From positions 248,001 through 312,000 of the IMG/VR virus record IMGVR_UViG_3300023174_000039: a stretch of 64,000 bases of DNA. One strand, written 5' to 3'. The notes below the pieces were generated by a model. The model worked only from the letters and a program-made list of their open reading frames with translations. It was not told the origin of the DNA and searched no databases. Position numbers and translations under genes: made by a program. How positions within the stretch are numbered: the stretch's first letter is position 1; every line of letters starts with the position of its first letter. Positions 26,994 through 38,900 of the stretch are shown piece after piece.

Positions 26994-29900
26994 TTATAAT
27001 CCGCGTAAGAACCTTGCGGCTTGTGTGTTGGTTTGTTGCAGAGCAATACCATTGGAAACTGTGCTTATTGTACCTGTTCCTGTGCCAGGTCCTGTTGCAG
27101 TAAACAGTATTCCCACTGTGTTTTCTGCGGCGCCAATCCGGGTAAAATCAGTGTTGCCAACAGCATTAATAAAGTAACTTTCTCCGGCAATTGCCGTGGT
27201 TGCCTTTTGAACTATGCCATTACCATACCAGAAGTATCCACGACGTTGAGCAATAGTAACTGATACTCCAGCTGCTGGCGCCAGCAACGGATGATATGGA
27301 TCGTTATCGGTGATAAATTCTACGCCAATTGTGTAAGGGTCTCCTGGCACCACTGGATCCACAGTAAACACAGTATAGCGATATTGACTGGGTGTGTTGA
27401 CTTCTGTAATTGGGTATTGGCGAGTTCCTCCCACATACACTTCAATGCTGTGATCAATGTACACTGTACTGGAATCTTTGGGGTCTACAATAGGCAAGTA
27501 AATGCTTGGGGCATAGAATATAGTAGTTGATCCATCTGCCAATGTGTCATCTTTGATGATGTGATCTTGGTACTGTTCGCCCAGCAAATTGCCACGGCCC
27601 ATGTCGTAGATTGGGGTGCCAATGATGTGCTCTGCGGCAGCAGTACCAGCAGTACCTCGCATGAGTCCTGAAATTGTATTCAATGCAGTATTGCGGTAAC
27701 GATACATAATGCGCTCGCCACCAATGGTACACACACCAAATACTCCATTTGTTAAGTCTGGCTCAGACAAGTTTGATGCATTTAACACATACATTATGTC
27801 AGCTATAGAACTTAATGGTTGAACTAGTTCTGTGGTGGAGTTTGTTGTAATTCTGTAGGTAGCTTGTACTCCTCGCATGTCCTGAAACACCCGGAAAGCC
27901 ATGGCTTCTGGTACAATGCTATTGGTAAATTCTTGTATTACTGCAATATCGCTAGAAGCAATTGCACCGCTGGCAAAAATCACATACTGTCCTTGCACAG
28001 TGTAATCTTGTCCGTCAAACAATCTATAACCATTGAGTGTTACCCATAGACGACTTGCATCAACTCCCAGTCTACCAAGGTCAAATTGATTTGACAGCAA
28101 CGGAATACCTTCAGAATAAGCATATGATCCGGGATCATTGTTGACTACTCCTGTATCAAATGCAGTTGAATCATATGGTTCATCAATAACCACTCCGCCT
28201 ACTACGGGTCCTTGATACACTTGAGTTAAAATGTTCTGTTGTGAAGTATCATTAAACGTAGTCACAGCAATAATTGATCCAACCGATGGCGGGCTAATCA
28301 GTTGCAATTGAGATCCTGCTACATAGTATGCGGCTGCAACACTTACAGAGATTAAAATTCTAGCACCGTAATCAGGCGCTGTAACAAACTGTACTTGACG
28401 ACCCGGAGTGTTAGATCCATTCCAGTTGGTCACACTGTAGTCTCCTGTGATTGAACCAAAACTCTGCACTTGTAGAACGTTATCTACAAACACAGTAATG
28501 TCTGTCACAGGATTGATAATTGATTGCTGATATCCACCACGTTGTGGCAATCCAAAGCTGGTAGTACTGTTGTCACCAATCCACTCAATGCCTTCATAAG
28601 GACGCAATCTAACACCATTGATTTCTACAATCATGTTAGGAATATTTGTACCTGCTACCGAATTGGCCAAGTTAACAGTTTTGCTGGCATTAATAGCCGA
28701 AGTAACTGTGAAATATTCTGTTTGCGGTGTGCTCCAGGAATACTGTTTTGGTGTAGTAAATCCAAGAATAGTTATATTCAACGCATCGGTACTGGTGTAT
28801 ACTCGGTTCAGCGCGATCTTGCTAAGAGTTGTTGGCACAAACTGTTGCCAGTAGGCTGTGTTATGGATATCAATACCGGCAATGACATTTTGTAATGCTC
28901 TATAATATGTTGTAGGCCCTGTTGTGTATACTACATCAAGTGTGCTGTAAGTATTCAACTGGTTCCATATACTTGCTGGATAGTAAGGTTCCCAGGAGTT
29001 AACTGCGGTATACACGCCATTAACAAACAAAACTGCTTGATATATTTCAGTTGAATTAACAGGCACAATCAATTTGTTGCCCACTTTGTCACCAACATAA
29101 TTTTGTCTGTACAACTGACTTCCGCCGCCCAATTCGTAAGCTGTGATGTTTATAATGTCGCCACTGGTCACTCCAGAACGCATTGCAACAGTGCGAGCTA
29201 CCCAATCAACCACATAGTCAATATTTGGCACAAGATCTATTCCTGAGCTAACATTGCTAATTTCAAGATGCACTGGGTTTTCTACCAGTCCGTTCCAATT
29301 CAGCTCAGTGTTGCTCAAGCTGTATGTGTACCGACGGCTGGTAATTTGAAATCCATGACCGTTGGATCCAGCAATGTTGTCATACAATGTCCAGTCTGAC
29401 CCTGGACGAGTATATACTCTTATGTCTAGTGTGTCAAATTCAGAGCCATTTACTAGTTCTTCGGGTGCATAACCTTCATACATTCCAATAAATTTTCCAC
29501 CATCAATGTTGATGTCAGAATATCTTGTGCCCAGGTATACATCACGGAAACTACTGGAGTATGTGGCATCCAGCATTTGCAAACTGATTGCTTGCATAGA
29601 TCCCGTGGCTGTTGTTAGCTCTATTGTAAACCCGCCAACTTTGGCGCAGATAGTAAAATGTGTTTGATCAACTATGTCTTTTACAAAATAGTTAACATCT
29701 TGTTCTATACCGCCAATGGTAGTGCCTAAGAATTTGATAGGTGCAGTTGCTTGCAGTCCCAAAGTATTGGTGCACGTAATTTGGTTGTTGTCTGCAGAAG
29801 TTGCAGTACACTCAAGTTGTGTACTGGTTGGGTCACTTCCCAAGAAATAGTCTCCCCAAACCTGCACACCTGGATAACTTGTACCATCAATCAACAATGG

Positions 29901-32900
29901 CAGGTCAAGACCTGGTTCGTTGACTCCTGGAATATAGTAACCCATTGTGCGATCAACCCCACTAAGTTCATTAGCAGGAACTAATTGCCAATCTTCTAAA
30001 TTAAATGTTGCACTTGTTACTGATGTACCAGTAGGATTGGCAGCTCTCCAAACTTGATCATCGTATCTAACTAATGTACCGTTCTCGTAAGTGACATTGG
30101 CAGTCCATGTGAGTATGTTTGTATGGTACTGATACCGATCGTATTTGATAACAGTTTTAAAGCTACGAACAAGGTCGTTATTCATTAACGCATATGCTCG
30201 CGCTCCAGAGCCATTGCCACCACTGAATATCACATTGGGTGTCGCATAATATCCTGAACCTTCGTCAATGATTGCAACGTACAATACCGACGCTGTACCT
30301 GATGCATTAACTGGTCCCAAGAAAGCCTGTAGTGTAGCAGGCGTTGTTGCATCACCATCAAGAGTTACTGTTGGCGGTTCTGTATAGCCGCTGCCGCCAG
30401 TGATCACTTTGATAAGTTGTAAATTCAACAAGTAATGATTGTACCACTGACTGTACGGCCATGCTTGCCATACTAGACTTGATGGCGGAGTATCACTCAG
30501 TGTATTGTCTTGCTGGTGTGTGCTGTGCAAGTACGGCTCTTGATAACGTGGGTCAGTGGTGTCATCAATGTTTAAAATTGGACTTGTGTACTGGGGAACA
30601 ACCAAACTGGTATTATAGTAAGCCGGTACATCAAAGTCAGTTACGTCACCGCCGTATTCGTCTTGACCGTTGTATCGCAAATTAAATTCACGAATTTGAA
30701 CGTGATAGGGTTTGACTTCTTTGACGTAGTCAAGCACAAATTCTTGATTGTCACGACGATAGTTCTGGAACGGTGCTAGGTTACGAATATTATGATCTAC
30801 ATCAATCAATGATGTTTTGACCAACCACTCAGGTGCTGAGAATTCACTCAACACAAAGTTAAACATCAAAGTTAATGCTTTGTTGCGCTCAAGTGCAAGT
30901 TCGTCAATGAACAATTCTTCGTTGATTGCTTGTATAATCTTGCGAGTTTCAATCACTGGCTCCTGGTCAAAGTATTGTGCGTCAAATACTTCAACGTCAA
31001 ATCCAAAACGTCCCAGTGCATAGTTGTATATTTCTGCAGAGATTTCAATTGTTCCATCTTGTAACCCAACTCGTTCCCATCCAAGATCAGTTAACAAATA
31101 AATTTCAAACTTGCCTTGAGCATTGGCAGTGACCTTTACACTAGATCCAACAGGCACCGTGATTGTTGCCAGGGCACTGTAGTTAGGAACTTCAGCGATA
31201 ACTTTGGTGCTTGAATTGTATCCTGGACGATACCAGTTGACATAACTCCAGTATCTACGAGTATCATAATTTTGCACACGAGTCAACACAAGTTCTTTGG
31301 TACCAACCAAAGCGCCTTGTCCGTTTTGAACTGTGTAAATTGTCCACAAGCCGTTGTTTCGACTATCACTGTCAACTAGATACTTGTATCCAAATGGTAC
31401 TAGACTGATATCTTGAAAACTAAGAATTTCTAAATTAGCAACTCTTAGATTCCAATTGACAATTCCACCGGTAGTTGATGGCGGTTCAGGTTCTCTAGAG
31501 TTCAACAGCAAAAGGCTGCGATTTTCAACTATGGGATACAATGATAACACATTGTTTGTGCGCACAATGTAATTTTTCAGTGCGGCAAATCGGTCCACAA
31601 ACATTGACTGTCGTGGACGGAACTGTACGCCGTATCGTTCTGCATCGTTTAGTGTGGGGTCAGGAACTAAATTACCAGCAGTATCAACACCGCAAAAGCT
31701 GTCTTGCAATTTGCGATACAAGTTGGTGCTTAAGAATGCGTCTGACTTTCCTTGTGCAATTAGTTCATATTCAACGTGAACATTGTTATCAGTGTATTCT
31801 CGATCAAATTCAACACTGATCACTGTGTCTTCTGCTTCAATGATCGTTGTGGCATTGTAAATTGCAACAGTACTTGCATTAACCGGAGCAATATATGCTA
31901 TTCCGCTGGCTTTGGGATTTTCAATATAATTGGCCACTGTTTGTGGTGCCAGAGTTTTACCTTGTTGTGTTGCAACAGTTGTGAGTCCCTTGACCCAGAA
32001 ATAGTAATAGGTATTGAATGTACCATCAACACTTAATTTGGTACTCACAGTATATGAATACACATTCAATGGTTTTCCTTCACCTGTGTATGTTGCAGGT
32101 GGTACACTAGATTGTATCCATTGATACATATCAACGGTACTTCCTGGAAATACTTGTCCCCAACGACGGCTTGCATACACAATGTCATCCTGGTTTGGAT
32201 CAATAAATCTCACTGTGCTAACATCCCACCAGACTTGTCCCACATGATCAGCTAACCAGGTGTTTCCTGAATTGTTAGTTGGGCCAACATTATAACCTGC
32301 GGGGTCAATTGCGCTGATGTAATTGATATTTTGTTTGGCAGCGCCAAGTATCTTACCTTGCAATGGATCAAAGAAATCAAACTGCTGTGTTCTTGCACTG
32401 GTAAGTCGATCGTATGTAAACACCGAATTCAACAGTCGAATATCCACCACTGGTTGTTGTACTCGTATTGGAGTCCAAGCTGGCATGCGAGTTGCATTTT
32501 CGAACACAAATACACGACCATAGTTAGATCCTGAACTGTCAGCGGCAGTAGCATCACTGCCCGACGCTCCAACCATTAACACACCGTCAACATAGCTTAC
32601 AGATGCACCATATACATCATAAGGATAAACGTTGCTGTCAGTTATTTGTAAACCAAATGCAAATTTACCTGGGTTGGCTGCGGTTTCATCTGCGCTGGCC
32701 AAATAATCATATGTGTACACCGCACCACTTTGAACCACTTCTGAGAAGAAGATTGTGCTGTTTTCATCAAAGTCTGTGGTACCATCATCAAATATAGTGA
32801 TCAAATACAATGTGCCACGAGGAGAGCCAACTACTAAGTTAGCAGCCGAGTCATCAATGCTAATACTTGTGCCAAATCCAGCAAAGTCTACAGGATAAGG

Positions 32901-35900
32901 GCTATAGATACTTTGGGTGTATGTAAAAGTATTGAAACCAATTGTGGTAAATGCACTACCAACTGATCCTGGAGCCACCTGAAGTTTGTTGCCCGGTGCA
33001 GCCGAGGCAGGATTTTTAACAGCAATAGTCAGGTATCCTTTAGATACACTGGCCACAACGTTTGGTACAGTTTCTGTAATAGACTGTGCTAGACGTTGCA
33101 GGCTTGTTTGTTCAGCGGTGGGAAATAAAATTACAACGTCTTGATTGTTGACTCGTAGAGTATGTCCGGGTGTCAACACCGGATCCTGGTTTAAAGACAC
33201 TGTGCTACCGTACACACGGCTTTGATTTACATTGCGTTGTACACTTCCAGACTTCCAGCCATCTGTGCTGTCTTGTGGAGCACCAACATACAAACTGCAA
33301 CTGTACACACAGATGTCTACAGATTGTCCAAAGTTAGTGTATTCAGTCACAGTATTTTTGGTAATCTTTTGCATCTGTGTGAACTGGTTGGTTTCAATCT
33401 CAATTACATCGCCAGTTTGTAGATCAGAGTTAATGGTGATATCATTGCCGCTGACAGTGAAACTATTTGAAGCTCCAATGATACTGTTGTTTTGGTTTAC
33501 CAAGAATACATTATTAACAATAACACTTACAGGTGCAGTAACAGTTCCTAGTACTGTGAACATGGTTGAGCTTGGATCAGTTCCGTAATCAAACCGCTGA
33601 ACGTTGCGATCAAACACATACACACTACCAGCATCAACCTTGCCACTGATGTCTTCGTCTTTACATCCAATAATGACTTGTCGGCCATCAACTGTGGTAG
33701 TGACACTATAGCCAAACTGTGCATCGGCTGCTAGTCCGGCAACAGTCAATGTGTTAACATATTCAAAATAACTCTGAGCTTGTACTGAAATTAAGGTACC
33801 TGCGGCAGGATTGTTAACAAATGTCATGTCCTGTGTGCTGGTATTAAATGTGTAATCGATACCTGGACGTTGTAACACAGTATCAACATATACAGAGAAT
33901 GAATAGATGTTATCAACTGTGAAGAAATATTCATTTAGAGAAAATGTTGATGTTAGTGTAACAGGAGTGTATGCAATATTAAATGTTTCAACTTTTCCAC
34001 CTGCGCCCACAGATACCACTGTTAGCACTAAATTTGCTTGGCCGCCAAACTTGCTGGCTGCAAAAGTTATTGTATTTCCTACTGCATACCCAGTACCACC
34101 AGCAGTTACACCTACACCTCCTGAGATACTGCCTGGTTGTCCAACTTCATTACGAACTCGTCTGATAGTAAACTTAGCGCCTGTGCCTGAACCAGAAGTT
34201 GATGTTTGAGCAACGTTATAGTAATTGCCGCCATCAATAATTTTATTGTTATAACGGTGAATGTCAACCAACACACCAACTGCTGGCGCTGTTGCAAATG
34301 TCACTGTGGCCAATCCTGAGTCAACTGTGTAGTCTGTACCAAGTAATTGTTGTGTTCCGTCGAGTGTTACCAACAGCTGAGTAGCAGTGTTAATTTGTAT
34401 AGTTTGAGCTATGCTAAAAGATTTGGTGACTCCATCTCCTCTAGATTTAACAAATTGATCTTGCCAGTCTACTCGACCGTATGCATATACTTTGTTGGCA
34501 GCAGGTGCTCCTATGTATACCCAGCGTTCATCAGTGCTGATTGCTACGCTGTGTCCAAATAATCCTGATTCAGTGTTGTTGGGTGATACCAACAACTGCC
34601 ACGATACATAGGGAATTACACCCGGTTTGCCAAGATTTGGATCACGATAAATTATCGCGGCGTATCCAACATCTGCTTGGCTGGCAGGACCAAGACTCTT
34701 GCTTGCACCAGCAACTGCCCATGTTTGGTTGCCAAATTCCACGGCATTTCCAAATCCGCGAGCGCCGGTAGTGTCAAGAGTTAAAACAGCATCTCCGTTG
34801 GCCACTGGACTTACAGGTGCATACTGATCGCTGTAGTTTTTAACATAAACATACACAGCACCTTTTTCTGCACCAGTTGGGAATCCGTAGCGTGGGCTAC
34901 CTACCAAAGCGGCAAATCTATTACGGGCCTGTGACACGCTCTGTCCATACTGCTCTGTGGCATCTAGTAATTTAGGTGACAACTCAATCACTGTTGAAAA
35001 CTGATTTTCTTTTTGTAAAACTTCCCAATGCCCTGTTCCGTCATTGTCTACCCATAACTTAGCACCTGTTTGAATATCATTTGCATAAGGTAGATTTATA
35101 ATGTCACTGGCCTGTCTCACACGTTGAGTTTTTAATGTAAATCCAATACCAACGCCGTTGATAACTGTTTGGCCACCAGGGGTGAATGTATATGCAATAG
35201 TAACACGGTTAATACCTTGAACAGTTAGTACTTTGTATACACCATCAATTCTTGTGTCAAATTGTTTGATGATCAGTCGATCGCCAACTGACAAACCGTG
35301 TGGCTTGGTAAAGTTTACAATTGATGTTCCATCTAGGTTGTCACACACGTGGTCAATAAAACCTGGAATGTTGACGCAACGATAAATGTCCCAGTCGTAG
35401 TTGTTGACCTTGGCCACCCATACGGTGGCACCAACACTCACCAATCCTAAATTGGCAGCAATAGTAGATCTTGTTCCGAGATCAAAAGTAGCAATGTCAG
35501 CATCTTCAAGATTGACATATCCTGCATTTGGCAATGCAGTATCAGTTACTTGTGTGATTGTGGTAGGCAAAAAGTCTGGAGAAGTCAATTTATAACTTTG
35601 TCTCCAGACATTGTCTAATAAAATAGTCTGGTCTGCTTGACTTTGTTCTTGTGGTTGAATAACTTGTACTAAACTTGGATTTGCACTTAGCAATGCACGA
35701 TTTAGTTTTAGTTCAACAAAACTGCGGTTAGCATTGGCTCCGTATACTGCACGTTGTACCGCCCAGTTTTCATAGATCTGATAGTCTGCAGATTCTTTAC
35801 CAAGATTAGCATTGCTCAACAACTCTGCTGAAAGAATTGTGCCTTTGGTGCCCAAAAACTGTGAATAAACATTTACCTGGCTGACATCATCCAAATTCAG

Positions 35901-38900
35901 TGCTGCCATGTACTGGCGCGGACGGAATCCAATCAAGCCATAACTCAGCAAATCGTTGTCATTCTCAAGATTGGCACTGTTGATACTGTATGAATTTTGT
36001 AATTGGTTGGCCTTGTTTGAGATATTGGGCAATAATCCCAATGCAATCTGATTGTAATCGCTCTTGACCCACTTGTTGAAATCAAAGTCAGTACTGGGAT
36101 CAACAATGACCTGCGCACTCCAATACTGGTCTTTGTACTTGACAATTTGTCCTTTGCTGTACTTCTTGAGACCAGACCATTCTTCAACATTGTCTTGGTT
36201 TAGAATGAAACCTTGTGCATCCACAGTGCCATTCCACTCAGTGGTTGTTACACCAACAAAATTCAATCGGCTTTGTCTAGCACCTGTAATTGGTTGATAT
36301 ATTAAATCTCCAAACACTGATTGATTGTTCAACACAATCATGTGTTCAAAATTTGTGAATCTTAAATCAGCAAAACTTAAACTTTGATCAGTCAATGGCT
36401 GTAATGTCAATGTGTTATCAAGACGAACAATATTGATATTACGAGCAGGCAGCTCACGTTTGTTTTGATCTAGTATGACATTCTCGCTGGTCTGTGTGAC
36501 AATGCTGTCAACCACTGCGCCTGGTTTGGTAATTGTCAACGCACTGGCCAGTGGGTTGAGATTGATCAGGCAATTGTTTTCCCATCCTTGCTGACTCCAA
36601 TACAAGAACTCAACAACCATCTGGTCCCAGTCTAACTGATAGCCGTTGACTCTGTCATCAAACGTGAGTCCTTGATCTGTTAGTAGTTTGCCATAGCTCA
36701 ACAAGAAATCACAAACACTGGTTTGGTTAGTAAACACATACCCATAAGGAACTTGTGCCACTGTATTTGTATAAGTGGTAGGGACTCTCACAGTAACATC
36801 GCCAACTGTATATGGCTTTAATCTACCAGCTGACTGGCTTACTAAAATATTAAAGTACGGCTGAGTGGTTGAATATCCATATACAGCATAACCGCCTTCA
36901 ACAATTTGTATCACAACTGAGCTATAAATTAGTCGATCAAATGGCTGATTTTTGTACAGCAACAAATCATAACTTTCGTCAGGAATCAACAATGTTGCAT
37001 TCAAGCTGTTGGGGCTAGATTTTTCTGTGTATAATTTGATATACTGTTTGTCGGAATAACTAGCCAGTCTATAGCACAAGCGAACATCAATGCTGGCAAG
37101 ATCTGCTTCAAGGGCAGAGGTGCTGTTTATACCAGTGATACGATTATAGTCCACAATCCAGTTAATAAAACTAGCTTTGCTTGTGCCGTCACCGTACACT
37201 TGTATGCCATTGGCATCAAGTCGATACCGGTCATTGTAAAGAAATTGATCAAACTCTGCCTGATAACGATATAAATCTCTATCAGCGTACAGTGCGTAAA
37301 ACTTAGCTGGAATTGTCAATGCATACAATCTCATGACAGCAAATGGATAAGCACTAGAGTTCCGCCATGATGATTCAACAGGACTACCGTCGCCGGCACT
37401 CCAACTCTTTTGAAATGTTGTTTCGTTGTAGTTGCCAACTACACATTCAAACGGGCTTACTAAATTGCCTTCAGTATCAACTGGTATCACTTGAGTGAGT
37501 CCTGGACGCACATAGGCTGGTAGTACATATGTTCCTGCTGGATCTGCTACAATACCTGCTTCTAAATCATCCCATAGCACCATGTTTTCAGATGTGTAAG
37601 GTCCTACACCATATACAGTTTCCCACCAGGTTGGTTTGATACTGAATCCCAGCATCTCCCAAGGAGTTTTGGCAGGATCTTGTGTGTCATAAAAGTATCT
37701 ATAGATGCCACGCCAGGAGCCAATTAAGTTTTGACCAGTAGATAGTTTGTTTTGTGATCCACTATAGTTCCAGGAGAATTCGTTGTTTACAATATAATTT
37801 TGTGTGTTGTAATCAAGTTTGTTCCAGCCCACATAACTTAAAAAATCAACATTCAATATGGAATTAATTTCTTGTGATGAGTAACCGGTGTTGCGGAATT
37901 GTCCAGGAATAACATCACTGGCATTGATAGGCACTGGGTTGCCATCAAGTTTCAAGTTGTTGTAGATTCGAGTTTCAAACTCAAGTAACACTTGGTCTCG
38001 TACGTCACCAAATACTGGGGTTTGACTACCATCATGCCCAATGATAACTTCGCTGGAGCCGGATGTGGTGTCAATTGCAGTTATTACTGGACGGAATGTT
38101 GGGTACAGACCCATCTTGGTAGGAGTGTTTGGAACAAAACTTCCGTAAGTCGCTGAGTATTCTTGAACAGAGATAACATCGCCAATGGCCAATGGCACAA
38201 GTACTGTAATGCGTGGGCCATCTGTAGCAACAGTATAATCAATGCCACGAGTTAGTAATGCTTTGTTTTTGTAAACTAACAGTCCCAGATAGTTAGATGA
38301 TGTATAATTGTAAACTTGTACTGTATCAAATACATTGGTTGTGATCAAACTTACTGTGTAATTGTTTTCAATGTACACTGACCCTGATGGCAACATGTCT
38401 GACCAATAGAACGGATTAGATTCTAATCGTCCCAGAGTAATGTTGGCCATGGCCTCTACCAATATCTCTGCAGGAGTTTCTGTGTACAAAGTTAAATTGG
38501 TAACTTCGTTCATCAATAAGTCTTTGAACTTTTGGTATTCTCGCGAATTGTACTGCAAGGCAGCAAAAATATTATATTCTTTACTACGATTAAAATATCC
38601 AGCCAGTGTCAACGGACTACTTTGTTGTAGGATAATCAATCCATAAGGGCCAATGTTTCCAAGGTCTCGAGTGTTGTTGGCACCATTGATTTTACCAGAC
38701 AGTGTAATTAAGTTTTCACATATGGATTCGTAATGCGTACGAATGGTACCCAAAGTGAATACATCGCTGTTGCCATTGAGCGGGTTGTTCTCCAAATTGA
38801 TAGGCACTTGATAAAATGCCACTTGACTTGTTTGGTCGCTTAACACCAATACTTCCACAATATCGCCAATGGCATAGGTATTATCCAACGTGATAGTAGA